The position numbers and the translations under genes are program-made. Below, piece after piece: positions 1 to 11,148 of a DNA stretch of 64,000 nt; position 1 is the first letter of the stretch; each line of letters opens with the position of its first letter. Source of the DNA: an uncultured Nitrososphaerales archaeon (GTDB lineage Archaea > Thermoproteota > Nitrososphaeria > Nitrososphaerales > Nitrososphaeraceae); assembly GCA_963713605.1 (NCBI GenBank), contig CAVQMO010000012.1, positions 128,001-192,000 on the forward strand, in the 5' to 3' direction. A model generated the notes under the pieces. The model was not told where the DNA came from. It did not search any database and saw nothing but the letters and a program-made list of their open reading frames with translations.

Positions 1-561
1 TGGAGCAAACTGGGAATACCTAAAATAAGTCTTTAGTACCAAAAATTAATTCCACAAGATTTATCAAGGAAAGACTCATTGATAAACTCCAATTTCATAA
101 CTCTGTTTTTGCCGTCTCAACATCTCTCTCACGTTGCTGTGATATCTCATTCCACCAATGATAGTTTTTCTTGTTGTCAAACCCAAGCTCTAATCGTTTG
201 GCGTGGTTATGTACATAAAATATGCGTGACAAGGATAAAGAAATATGGATCATTTACTTGACTTTGCAAAACCGCCTATGGACTCGGCTGCCCACTCTCA
301 AAAGTTGCCAGTCTAATATAGTTTAGAATGATTTGCCACTCGCAAAAGTGAGGAAATCCAGATGTCGCTGGCTGCTTGTGTGTGAACTAACAATTATCTG
401 TTGTACAATTCAAGATTTAATCATAATATGCAATTAGAGATAGATGGGTTGCATTAGTGGTCGTGTTTATTCCAGCATTACAGCGTATCTATTAATGATT
501 ATGCGTCTCACATGGAGACTCATCGGTTCTATGTTGTTGTTGCAGAAAGTATACACGTTAC

Positions 562-951
562 GGGCAAGAAAGAGAATATTTGTCATGGTTTATCAGAGGA
601 TTAGAATACAATCCGTCTGCAATTACAGATGCAGACATAGACGTATTTGTAAGCCATGCCAAGGGTCCTGGTGGACTAAGGTCGCAATTTGAGCACTTTA
701 GAGCGTTCCCCACTGATGCAGAACAGAATAAAGAATCAGCCAAGAACCCCATTACAATGCCTGTACTAGTATTAGGTGGCGACATCTACCCAGCTTTGGG
801 TGGCGATTATCCGGGTAACTTTGCGGTAACATCGACACAAAATTTGGCTGCAAATGTAACGGGTATTACAGTCCCACTTTCAGGCCACTGGATTCCAGAG
901 GAACAACCGAAATTTGTCATTGAACAACTTTCAAAATTCTTCACCCAGTAA
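562..951 (+). pseudogene. C-terminal part of an alpha/beta hydrolase (epoxide hydrolase/dehalogenase-like); N-terminal half missing
   Basis: In-frame GQEREYLSWF...MPVLVLGG...SGHWIPEEQP (catalytic His motif); no nucleophile-elbow region upstream. Confidence 0.8.
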
Positions 952-1279
952 TTTTTTATTTTTACTGAATACATCCTGATAGTGAATAATAAGAAAGGTA
1001 ATACCATTTACGGTGGAACTACTCCGTCAATCCGCTTGTTGGAGTACATCTATGAAAAGTTGCAGATGTTTAAAATAATATTAAGGCAGACTGGTAACTA
1101 TCCAATCTTGTTTTGTGGCTTTATGGGTAGCGGCCGGGCAATGGAGTAAATTTGGTCCATAATGCCCGATAGCGGTGGATTTGTCCATATCAATCCTGAT
1201 ATGTTCGACCAAGTACTTGCTCAACGATACTATAGTTGAATTCAAGGAGAGCAGGGGCCACCAGTACCAGAAGTTATTA

Positions 1280-1780
1280 TTAATCAAAATAGTCTGGCGG
1301 GTACAACTTCTGTCCATACTTTTCTGCGATGCTTTGGAGTCGTTTCAGTTCTTCCGGCGTCATTTGTGGAATAGACAAAAGAGTACCGGCGGTTACTGGC
1401 TTTCCTATTTCTAAGAACATTCTCTCCATACCGGCGGGTGTCGTAAAACATAGAATGTGTGCCGTTTTATCGGTTTCATTGGTAAATTTATGTACTGGTC
1501 CCTTAAAAGGTATATTTACATATGAGCCTTTTGGAGTAGTGTATACTTTTTCCTTTGTTATTACTTTGATCTCTCCATCTATAATGTAGAACGCTTCCTG
1601 GAAGATGGCGTGCGAATGGGGTCCGGGTCCTCCTTTCGGGGGAATCAACATATCAACAAGAGCATAAGCACCTCCTGTTTGCTCGCCACTTATAACAATG
1701 CGATAAGTATCACCTAACACTGATACACTAGGTCCTCCTTGCGCAGCCACCGAGGTAAGAGACTTGTTTATATTTTCCAT
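1280..1780 (-). CDS. Cupin domain protein (quercetin dioxygenase-like)
   Basis: GPGPHSH...EAFYIIDGEI...PVHKFTN cupin motifs; SGEQTGGAY N-terminus. Confidence 0.9.
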   Translation of the reverse strand: MENINKSLTSVAAQGGPSVSVLGDTYRIVISGEQTGGAYALVDMLIPPKGGPGPHSHAIFQEAFYIIDGEIKVITKEKVYTTPKGSYVNIPFKGPVHKFTNETDKTAHILCFTTPAGMERMFLEIGKPVTAGTLLSIPQMTPEELKRLQSIAEKYGQKLYPPDYFD

Positions 1781-2088
1781 GTTTTTACAAGTTGATTGTT
1801 ACAATTAATGTTTTATCGATAATCTATTATGTTCTATCCTTTGGCCCAGCTAACATATATCATCAATCTTAAACCTTTTTTGGATAATTTAGACGATTAT
1901 CTCGATAAACTGGACTGTCAAATGTGTGGCATAACTGAAGGAATTTTAACATCAAAAATAAGAAATATTTCTACGCAAGGTTAGGTACTAGGGGGTCAAT
2001 TCGTATGATGATTTCTACCTACCACTATACTTTTATAGTATGTTTTCTTCAATAGAGTCTCGAAGAGTATCTCACTCCCCCTTTCTAT

Positions 2089-2388
2089 TTAGGGCAGCTT
2101 GGCTGCAAGAACATCCACCTTCTCAATGCTGGGCGGCTGCGCGAAGAGCTCGGATGCTTTCTCTGTTAATGCGGCTGCTACTTGACCAGACAGATGGGCT
2201 TGACGACCAGACTCATCCGGGAAGGCATCAAAGATGCCGAAAGTAGATGGTCCCAAGCGAATTGCAAACCATGCAATAGTTGTTGGCTCTTCTTCGACAA
2301 TAGATAAACCTCCGTGTAGGAAGTTTTCGACGTCTGTTTCTTTTCCGGGTTTTGCTTCCAATCGAACAAATAACGCTACCCTAACCAT
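2089..2388 (-). CDS. Antibiotic biosynthesis monooxygenase (ABM) family / putative quinol monooxygenase
   Basis: LEAKPGKE...FGIFDAFPDESGRQAHLSG pattern. Confidence 0.9.
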   Translation of the reverse strand: MVRVALFVRLEAKPGKETDVENFLHGGLSIVEEEPTTIAWFAIRLGPSTFGIFDAFPDESGRQAHLSGQVAAALTEKASELFAQPPSIEKVDVLAAKLP

Positions 2389-2713
2389 TATGTTTCCCTC
2401 CTTTCGATATTTTTGTTGTTGTCATACAATCTAAACTATACATGGTAACCGTTGAAATTTTTTTTGACATATCTTCTTTAATCAATATTAGGGAATGCAA
2501 CACATATTATATATAAGTAGTAACTTTCGGAAAACCAGTATTTTTGTCGTTAACTCTTCAGTGTTCACTAGATCCTTTGGGCTCATGAAATAGTCAAGTA
2601 TAGAGGTTCGGTTTTTCTCTCAACTGCCTCTGCTCTTTGTTCCAGTATTTTACCTAATATTTCCAGTATTTGAAACTATAACTCATGAAAACATGTACGA
2701 CAAGAAAAATAGT

Positions 2714-3805
2714 TCAGAGACCTTTTGCTCTGTGATTGTCTATAAGTGAAAAGGATTTTCCAAATAAGAATGTCAGGTTATCTTCAGACAAAAAATCGTG
2801 AGGAAATCCTAACTGAATCTTAGTTTTGTCGTCTAGCCTTTTCAACTGATCTGGTGTTAATTCAAAATCTAGACAACCTAGATTGTCAGTTATTTGAGCT
2901 TCAGTTTTAGCTCCTATAATAGGTATTATAACTCCTTTATTTTGTTTATTTTGCTGCCTTATCCAGTTCAATGCGACTTGTGATGGAGTCCTATCTATTT
3001 CTCGTGCTATTTCCTGGACTTCATTTGCTATAGAAAAGTTTCTTTCATTTAAATAATTAGCTGTCATTGGATTTCCAACATCTAATCTATTTTGTTGTTG
3101 TTTGCCTTTGTCATCATTACTAACAGCTTGTTTGTTATACTTTCCTGTAAGAACTCCTGAGCCTAAAGGAGACCATGCCGTTACACCGATGTCCAAGGCA
3201 TGCGCCATAGGCAATAATTCTCTTTCAGGAGTCCTTTCAATAAGACTATACATTATCTGAATCCCTATGAATGGCGACCAACTTCGTAGATCTGCTATAC
3301 TGTTTGCTTGTGAAACAATCCAAGCAGGTGTATCAGATATACCTACATAAAGGATTTTTCCAGATCTTATCAAATCGTCTAATGCTCTCATAACTTCCTC
3401 AATAGGAGTCATAGGATCCCATATATGGATCCACAATAGATCGATGTATGATGTGTTTAACCGTTTAAGACTTGCATCAACAGATTGAACTAGATTCTTA
3501 CGGTGGCTTCCAGATGCATTGGGATCATCAGGATCTGTTGATATGGTGTACTTTGTAGCTAGAACAAATTTCTTTCGATCAGGTGCAATAAATTCACCAA
3601 CATATTTTTCACTAGTTCCATTTTGATATATATTTGCAGTATCAATAAAATTGCCTCCTGTATTTACAAAAGAGTCAAATATTTTCTTGGCACTTTCTTT
3701 AGGAGCTCCAGCTAACATAGAACCCCAATCTTGCCCGAATGTCATTGCTCCTAGACACAGCTCAGATACTCGTAATCCACTCTTTCCGAAGAGTTTGTAT
3801 CTCAT
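2714..3805 (-). CDS. Aldo/keto reductase
   Basis: GLRVSELCLGAMTFG, FIDTANIY, LATKY, SLKRLNTSYIDL, AWSPLGSGVLTGKY; RBS GAGGAGG upstream. Confidence 0.95.
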   Translation of the reverse strand: MRYKLFGKSGLRVSELCLGAMTFGQDWGSMLAGAPKESAKKIFDSFVNTGGNFIDTANIYQNGTSEKYVGEFIAPDRKKFVLATKYTISTDPDDPNASGSHRKNLVQSVDASLKRLNTSYIDLLWIHIWDPMTPIEEVMRALDDLIRSGKILYVGISDTPAWIVSQANSIADLRSWSPFIGIQIMYSLIERTPERELLPMAHALDIGVTAWSPLGSGVLTGKYNKQAVSNDDKGKQQQNRLDVGNPMTANYLNERNFSIANEVQEIAREIDRTPSQVALNWIRQQNKQNKGVIIPIIGAKTEAQITDNLGCLDFELTPDQLKRLDDKTKIQLGFPHDFLSEDNLTFLFGKSFSLIDNHRAKGL

Positions 3806-4122
3806 AACTATTTAGAAACCTCCTCATTCTTATTTTCTTTCTTTTACTAAAGCCATCTAGTACATGATCACTACACTACATTGGTTTCCTTTTTGATTCT
3901 TCGCGCAGCTGATCTATAGAACTGTGATACCTTCTGTAGTTTGTTTCTGCGATAACTTCGTTATGTGTACAGGTCTATATGAGGGGATTATGACTTGCAA
4001 ACAACCAAGCTCTCATATAATATAAAAAGAGAAAATAATAAGATTCTACAACTTGGAAGCTATAAACTTCCTGGATATAACCAACTTAATTTAGTAATTG
4101 AACACTGAGAGTTGATCTTATC

Positions 4123-4390
4123 TTAAATATCTTGGAATTTAATTAATTTCTTTCTCAACCGGATTGCTCGTCGAATATCGTGGTTGGCTTCGGCAATCTC
4201 CATAGCATATTCTATTACCATATTTTAAATCAGCAAAACGGTCCAGAATGCTTTCAAGTGTGTCTATTTCATTATTTAGAATGTCAGACTCTCGGAGATT
4301 ATCTGATTCTTTTAATTTTAGATTTAGCTCTTCTACTTCTGGTTGGAGAGTGCTTTCAAATTCAATATAATCCGCTACTTCTAATCGCAT
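4123..4390 (-). CDS. Hypothetical coiled-coil protein, probably frameshifted near 4210
   Basis: ATG at 4390 (MRLEVADYIEFES...); a second frame continues AMEIAEANHDIRRAIRLRKKLIKFQDI*. Confidence 0.45.
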
Positions 4391-4565
4391 TTTGTTGTTT
4401 TTAGGCTGTAAACGCTTTCGTTCATTGTCTAGATTCAAAATCGAATTGATTATCGTTCCTGCCCAGCTAACAAATTCAAACGGTTTGGGCAGACCAACTT
4501 TCAAAATGAATGATTAGTAAATAAGATATCTATACTTTTATACAAGAATCTATACCGTTTAATTC

Positions 4566-5755
4566 ATGGAACATAAAACTTCGAGACGAATGAGGGTTAT
4601 TTGCTTATCGATAAGTATGGTCGTATTAATAATGCCCTTGTCTTTCATTTTGACAACGATAGCTGCAATAAACGTACCTGCCGCTTACGCGTCAGTTCAT
4701 ATGAGAACAGCGTGGGATAGTCAGGGCTATCTGAAATTTGTTTCGACTACAATGTCCAATGTTTCTAACTCTCTTGGCGGTGAGAATGTCACAATGACAC
4801 AAATCCCTGAATCTGCAAGAGGGCCTGCAATCCCTGAAACGGGTTATCTAGTTGAAGAAATACGTGATAATTTGTATTGGGTCACAGATGGCTCTTATAA
4901 TACAATGTTTTTGGTAACAGATGAGGGTGTTGTCGCAATTGATGCTCCACCATCAATTGGACAAAACTACTTGAAAGCAATAGCAAACGTCACTGACAAG
5001 CCGATCACGCATGTAATATACAGTCATGCCCATTTAGATCACATTGGCGCAGCTGGAATCTTTCCAAAGAATGCAACCTATATAGCTCATGAAGACACGG
5101 CGTCGGAATTACAACGGGCGATGAGTCTAGCCAGTAATACTTCTGCAGTTCCACCGGTACCAACTATAACTTTTCCAAATAATTATACATTACAAGTTGG
5201 AAATCAAACACTTAACCTAGATTATTATGGTGTAAATCACATGCCTGGAAATCTCTTTATCTACGCACCAAATCAGAAAACACTCATGCTAGTGGATGTA
5301 GTATTTCCTGGTTGGGTTCCATATGTCTATTTAGGAATTGCTGAAGATGTTGCAGGTTTTATAAAAGCTCATGATATAGCCCTAAATAATTATGACTTTG
5401 ATACTTTCGTTGGTGGACATCTTACTAGGCTGGGAACAAGAGATGATGTAGTAACACAGCAAGAATTTATCTCTGATCTGGGAAAACTGCCGCTAAAGCT
5501 AACAGCGAAGTCCAATTTGGCGATATAGCCGCACAAGTAGGTAGCACCGCAGACACTTGGCTACTTTTCTCTAAGTATATTGATGCAGTAGACCAGAATT
5601 GTATCCAGACCATGTTGCCAAAGTGGGAGAGTAGACTTGGAGGCGCTGAAGCATTTATGCCTACTCATTGCTTCGCTATGACTCAGGCTGGAAGAGTTGA
5701 ACCAAGTGTGAGTGCAATACTTCAAAATAGCACTATGCCTACTACTATTAATTAG
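4566..5755 (+). CDS. Secreted MBL-fold metallo-hydrolase with a -1 frameshift at ~5485
   Basis: Signal-like N-terminus; SHAHLDHIG, NHMPG, VDVVFPG, GGHL motifs; the -1 frame continues TAAKANSEVQFGD...HCFAMTQAGRVEP to TAG at 5753-5755. Confidence 0.85.
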
Positions 5756-6350
5756 AAAAACTATCCGTTTCCTAATTAAGAAGAGTATGGTACTTATGCT
5801 CTTCTTTTACCTCTTCAGAATGTACTGATTTACAAGATAAGTCCCGGCGGCTGAAGCTATAGCAACAGCGATTCTTCTTTTGGTAGACAATACCCAACCG
5901 AACCCTTCCGGAAACTAATCAAGCAGTCATAGAGTGGCAACGCTACTGGATTCCATATTTTTATTTAATTTGATGATTCTAATATCCTAATCTAAGATGG
6001 CAAATGGTTATAATTTTAATCGATCTATATGCTAGTCTATCCATATAGCATACTTAAGAACATACTACTATATGCTATTGATAAATATGTTTTCTAACCC
6101 GAAAGAAAGGCGTGTGGTTGAATGCCGCAAATTCGGGATGAGTCACAAGCAGATTTCTAAAGTCATGATTTCAGTCCGTGACAATAAATCAATTTTGAAT
6201 AGAGTTGGCAATGTATCTGGATATGCCGATAATGACGGAATCGCAGGTCCCGATTCGTTAATGTCAATCTACACTCTAGTAGAGCTTAGGTCAAGATGCT
6301 AGGTACTTATGTTCATCTTATACTTATGTTCATTTGTGCTAAACAGCCTT

Positions 6351-7034
6351 TTATGGACCGCTCCACTCGAATGGAATGTGTTTACTTGATCTTCCTTTTC
6401 TTCCCCATTTGAAGCCCATCGCATCGGCCTCGTCAGCAAGTGATTTTCCCCATGTTGCAACTCCTCCTGGCCCTACTTCACTTCCAGGTGGGTTAATAGT
6501 TTGCACTCTTTTACCAGGGGGTGTCGTAGGTCCAGTTAATGCTTCAGCTTTTGCTAGAACCTTTCCTGGTATCTCTGCACTCCAATATGATAAATCATCA
6601 GCTATTTCAAACTTGATAGGAGCATATTCGATTCCTCGAACCTGTCCGATAACGATTGCTATTTCAGCCATAAATCCACCAGCCTTTCCACTGAAGATCA
6701 TATTCAAAGCTTCTCTCTGCTGTTCATTGGCCTTCTCGTCAAAAAAGATAGCCATATTCAATTTTGTTTTACCATCACCAGCCCAGATATTGCCTTTGAA
6801 GCTAACCAGAGCCAATACGTTTAAGCCATCAAGGGGTGTTTCACCGTAACTGCCTTTTTTGATATTATAGGCCATAATACCGTCGCAATCGTCATAAGTT
6901 GGAGTTTGAGCAAACTCACAGGGACATGGTATATTACACTTACAAACGTCAAACCAATCGCCTGTAACGCTCCAGTTTGGAATCTTCCCTTGAGTAGCGG
7001 CAGTAGTAGTTGTTGCACTTGTTGCTGCTGCCAT
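6351..7034 (-). CDS. DUF1326 domain protein
   Basis: WFDVCKCNIPCPC...CDG, DEKANEQQREALNMIFSGKAGG signature. Confidence 0.9.
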   Translation of the reverse strand: MAAATSATTTTAATQGKIPNWSVTGDWFDVCKCNIPCPCEFAQTPTYDDCDGIMAYNIKKGSYGETPLDGLNVLALVSFKGNIWAGDGKTKLNMAIFFDEKANEQQREALNMIFSGKAGGFMAEIAIVIGQVRGIEYAPIKFEIADDLSYWSAEIPGKVLAKAEALTGPTTPPGKRVQTINPPGSEVGPGGVATWGKSLADEADAMGFKWGRKGRSSKHIPFEWSGP

Positions 7035-7260
7035 ATTTCTCAATAATATAGGTGATATTTTAGCATTTCATGCATTTTTTCATGTTTTTATTCATATGCT
7101 CTTTGCTAACTTGCCCGATGTCATTGACATTAAGAAACTGGAAGTGTACGATGCATGAAAGAAACGTTAAAGGTCAGTTCGTCACAGTTAAATGAGATAA
7201 TGAAAATATTTTTTCAATGAAAAACTAGTTTTTCAACAATTGGATACGGAATGCACTGGT

Positions 7261-7824
7261 CTATGCCGTAGTTTCTGTCACACCTCGTATCTTATATTTA
7301 AGTGAAGTTCGATACATTCTCGATATAGGATGGTATTCATTTATTTTTCCAATAAGGTTCATTCCATTTTTTTCTAAAACCCTAATCGAGGCCATATTTT
7401 CAGGGAAGACATGAGCATAGATTTCTTCAAGTTCTAATTCAGTAAACCCATATGAAATAATGAGTTGTACACTTGCTGTAGCTATCCCTTTACCCCAATA
7501 TTCTTCTCCAATCCAGTATCCTAGGCTTGCATTTTTATTCACTAGATCAATACATTTGAGGCCTACAACTCCTACTAACAGCAGAGAATCATTAATTGAC
7601 TTGTATTCTATTGCAAAATGTATGGCATTAAAAGAGTTAAAATCGCTATAGGAAGATTTGATAAAGTCTAACGCATTTTTCATCGTATAGGGATAGGGTA
7701 GATCATACAGATTTTTTGCAATGTTATAGTTCATAAAACGAGTTATGAGCTTTGCATCATTTGCTGAAAGTTCTCTCAAGTTAGTAAAAACACCATTTAA
7801 TTTAGGGAAATTTCTAAATGCCAT
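7261..7824 (-). CDS. GNAT N-acetyltransferase, RimJ/RimL type
   Basis: LGYWIGEEYWGKGIAT and VFPENMASIRVLEKNGM motifs. Confidence 0.92.
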   Translation of the reverse strand: MAFRNFPKLNGVFTNLRELSANDAKLITRFMNYNIAKNLYDLPYPYTMKNALDFIKSSYSDFNSFNAIHFAIEYKSINDSLLLVGVVGLKCIDLVNKNASLGYWIGEEYWGKGIATASVQLIISYGFTELELEEIYAHVFPENMASIRVLEKNGMNLIGKINEYHPISRMYRTSLKYKIRGVTETTA

Positions 7825-7984
7825 ATTTTGTTACCATTGATTATATTTCATAATTAAAAGTGAGATGCATGATCATATGCTATCAAAGTGCTATAGTAAC
7901 AATTTTTGACCATAGTTTCAACCTCGAACTACAGAATAATTATCTGTTTGTATTGTTGTATAAATAATCATATTGCAACAGTGA

Positions 7985-8035
7985 ATGCAATATTACATTG
8001 GATGTTCAGGTTGGAGTGACTCATCATGGCACCTA
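7985..8035 (+). pseudogene. N-terminal stub of a DUF72 family protein
   Basis: MQYYIGCSGWSDSSW matches the DUF72 N-terminus; similarity ends after ~16 codons. Confidence 0.65.
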
Positions 8036-8291
8036 AATAATGTTTTCGGTACCACTTTCCTTACTGACCTTTTATTGTTTACTGTCTTACAAGATCGGGT
8101 ATCACTAAGTTTTTTCAGAGGGTGCAACATTCTACATAAACAACACCCGAGTCGAATCCTGGTCCAATGCCTTTTGCTGTCAATGTACATATGCTAGTAA
8201 TATTTGTGAGTCTTTCACCTCTCTCCGTTCTCATTCCTAGACAGCTTTAATAACCAAATATTGTAATGAGACCCATTAGAGGGAATATCAA

Positions 8292-8657
8292 TTGGTGAAG
8301 TATTTTGTGATAAGTGACCAAACCGCCAGTACGAATGAACTAACAGATCTAGACATTACAAAATATCTTCTTTCGAAGCTTATAAAGGACCACAACGGTA
8401 TTAAAAGAATGACGCAAGTACTTTATCGCGATGAAAGGCTTGTTTCAGAGTTATTGGAGTTTTTTAGAGGTGCAGGATGGATTAAACATAATACAAATGG
8501 TACCTATGTAGTAACAATGAAAGGCAAAAAAAATAATAGAATAATATCGAAACTATTCAATCAACCAACGTGTCATGGATGGTATGGGGGAATCCTATTG
8601 CAAAATACCTCATATTTTTGCAAGGAAAAAAAGTGCCCCACGTTACTCGAACCATAG
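8292..8657 (+). CDS. Hypothetical protein, probable winged-helix fold
   Basis: LLEFFRGAGWIKHNTNGTYVVTMKGK wing-like pattern. Confidence 0.45.
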   Translation: MVKYFVISDQTASTNELTDLDITKYLLSKLIKDHNGIKRMTQVLYRDERLVSELLEFFRGAGWIKHNTNGTYVVTMKGKKNNRIISKLFNQPTCHGWYGGILLQNTSYFCKEKKCPTLLEP

Positions 8658-8659
8658 GA

Positions 8660-9068
8660 TTTGTCAGAGTAATAGATAATTAGAACAAAGGTAACCTTGA
8701 TTCATACCTGTTAATTTATGATTCTAATGTTGTAATACACGGTGTACCTGGGGTTGAACCAGGTGTAGAAAGTGCTAAAAAGTTCTATCAAGGATTGAAC
8801 AGCGCTTTTCCAGGAATACAAATTACAGTTGATGATTTATTCACCAGAGCTAACAAGCTTGCTTGCAGATTTACTGTAAGTGGAACACATAAAGCAGAAT
8901 TCATGGGATACCTCCCACAAATAAATCTAGCGAATTCTCAGGCATTACTATCCTTAAATTCAGAGATGGTAAATGTGTGGAAAGGTGGAATCAAGCTGAT
9001 TTCTTTAGAATGTTACAACAATTAGGTGTAATTTCAGGAAGGACAACCTTCTCTCTTTTTAAATTCTA
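8660..9068 (+). pseudogene. SnoaL-like ester cyclase pseudogene
   Basis: DN*NKGNLDSYL...SAFPGIQITVDDLF...RFTVSGTHKAEFMG / frameshift / PPTNK...GITILKFRDGKCVERWNQADFFRMLQQLG; in-frame TAG at ~8681. Confidence 0.85.
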
Positions 9069-9098
9069 AATTTCGGTCGCATAATTGCTGATAGATTC

Positions 9099-9143
9099 GA
9101 GCTGAATTGCTTACCTCAGCTTTCATTGAATTTAATTCAGCTC
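9099..9143. repeat. 10-bp perfect inverted repeat between convergent genes (possible terminator hairpin)
   Basis: GAGCTGAATT-N25-AATTCAGCTC. Confidence 0.5.
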
Positions 9144-9239
9144 TGAGTATGCGGTGGGTATTACGTATGAATTTATATCCAATTGAACTGCAACCTACCA
9201 GCCTTTCTACATTGAATCTCTAAACAATAGTCGTACATT

Positions 9240-9827
9240 TTACCTTTTCTTGATCCTTGTCCTTCTGCGCCTAGTGCTAGCAATTGCTTTGTTCTTTTTG
9301 CTCATTCTAGATTTAGGTTTGACGATGGTAGTAGTAGCAGAACTCAATTTTCTGAATCTTGTTTTTATTGTAGAAGCTGTTCTTAATTTTTGAACATCAT
9401 TTTCAACCCGCGACACCTGCTTTTGTAGCTGACCAAGTTGGGATTTAATTTGTTTGATTGATTGTAATTGAGACTGTCTTAGCCCCAGTCCCGCTGCAAT
9501 AGTGGACTGTCTTTGTTTCTGTAAAGACTGAATCAAAGTTGTTATTCTATCAATCTGATTTCCATTCTTCTCTACCTGTTTTGATATATGTAATAAGTAT
9601 GTAATTGCTCGTCTTCTCTTCTGCCTCTTTTTGCTAATAAGAGATTTTTCCTGTGATTCTTCTATTTCCTTGTTTTGTTCTTGTAAGTTTTCTTCCTGTA
9701 AAATTTGTTCCTGTGGTATTAGTGCCGGCGTCTCTTCTACGAAATTCTGATTTTCTGCTACTGTAGATGAAGTTAATTCCTCTTCACTTTCTTCAGCCAT
9801 ATGTTCTGACACTATCGTGTTAGTCAT
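9240..9827 (-). CDS. Hypothetical protein: acidic N-terminus, coiled coil, Lys/Arg-rich tail (paralog of 19131-19739)
   Basis: 195-aa ORF; shared core YLxxISKQVEKxGNQIxxxTxxIQSLQ. Confidence 0.8.
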   Translation of the reverse strand: MTNTIVSEHMAEESEEELTSSTVAENQNFVEETPALIPQEQILQEENLQEQNKEIEESQEKSLISKKRQKRRRAITYLLHISKQVEKNGNQIDRITTLIQSLQKQRQSTIAAGLGLRQSQLQSIKQIKSQLGQLQKQVSRVENDVQKLRTASTIKTRFRKLSSATTTIVKPKSRMSKKNKAIASTRRRRTRIKKR

Positions 9828-10393
9828 AAATATAATTACGATACTTAAATGTGTAGTTATAACATCAATTCATTTCTTCAGTGAATAAGTCACTAGTGAT
9901 ATTTGAACACTTTCAGGACTTTGTTACTCTTAAACTAGTAACAGAGACAAAAAATAGGTCTACCAAACCTACCCTTGATGAACACCTTACGAGCGATGGA
10001 GGTTAGATTCCGCAGGTACTATTTAGACCAGGATTGGGATTGGGGTAGAGACAAGCCCATGGCCGCCTTATCTTTGGATATTGCTTTCAGACGGTATAGA
10101 ATATAATGACCATTCGGGTAAAAGTTTTTTGGTACAATAAAAAGGTAGGACAACCAGAAAAAAATCGAACAGGTACCTTTTGCGTACCTGCTGCTGCACA
10201 CTCACAACATAGTATAAAAGTGGATACTATGGAAGGTATGCAAGCAAGCAGTACTAATAAGACTTCTAGTAGGTAGTAGATCGTGGATTGGATGGATGTC
10301 CTTTCAACGACTGTGCTACCTACCCTTGAGAGTATAGTCCAATTAAGGACACTTAAAATGCTTCGATGTTGGTTAAATAGTTTTTAGGATCCT

Positions 10394-10672
10394 TTGCTAT
10401 TGTACGCCGTTTTGCAATGCCAAAACCCACGACATAAACAGCACTTAAAGAGATTCCTCGCGAAATATCCAACGACTGATAAGAATGGAGAGTTTCCAAT
10501 TATAACAGTAAATCCAGTGGATTGGGCTATTGACTTAGAAGATCCAAAGAAGAATACTGTCCAATGCTGTCAAATGTGTAGTATACAAGAAGATATCAAG
10601 AGAGTAACTAGTCCTGGGTGGACAGGTCAACCTGCTAGTTTTAACCCTTACGAATGGAAGATAAATTATTAA
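10394..10672 (+). CDS. Small hypothetical putative Zn-binding protein
   Basis: CQNPRH...CCQMC ligands; decayed paralog at 57251-57390 supports coding status. Confidence 0.7.
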   Translation: MLLYAVLQCQNPRHKQHLKRFLAKYPTTDKNGEFPIITVNPVDWAIDLEDPKKNTVQCCQMCSIQEDIKRVTSPGWTGQPASFNPYEWKINY

Positions 10673-10813
10673 TAATAATACGGAGTTGGCCGGCGGTATA
10701 AAGTGCAACCTAAAATACCAACCATTTCCGATGCCAGGAATGCTTAATCCTATATTACTTGGGTCAATTTTGCTAATAATAGTTTAATTATTGAGTGTGT
10801 AAGAATAGTTAAC

Positions 10814-10983
10814 TCGGCAAGCAGGCATAGACGACCTGCCTGCCGAATTGTTCTACTTGTATGAGAGTAGTCCAGTTACGGACATTTCATGATAAATTAA
10901 AACCTTGTTTATAATTTTTTAGGATAGGTAAGGGTTAGTAAGGGTAAATGGATGCGGACAACACAAACGCCCTTACCTATCCT
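10814..10983. repeat. Two inverted repeats in a convergent intergenic region
   Basis: TCGGCAAGCAGG/CCTGCCTGCCGA (10814-10846) and perfect 14-bp AGGATAGGTAAGGG/CCCTTACCTATCCT (10921-10934, 10970-10983). Confidence 0.8.
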
Positions 10984-11148
10984 GTGCAGGTGTCCATTGA
11001 ATTTGGTGTCTTAAAATTAACAAAACCTTTTAAAAATTTAGTAGGTAAAATTTTGAAAATAAAAAAGTGAAAGGTCGTTGCTCCACCTCCAACGTGACCG
11101 CCACTGCCACGGTAACAAGAATCGTCTTCAACCATTAACCAGTTTGAT

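Noticed and set aside
289..349. Imperfect direct repeat CCACTC(T/G)CAAAAGT
   Set aside because: Only two copies and no associated element; noted but uninterpretable
6072..6302. HTH-like ORF resembling thaumarchaeal mobile-element proteins
   Set aside because: Short and degenerate; no supporting transposase or termini
6376..6849. Long antisense ORFs (also 13548-13955, 35208-35618, 49497-50019, 52405-52722)
   Set aside because: Shadows of well-supported genes on the opposite strand
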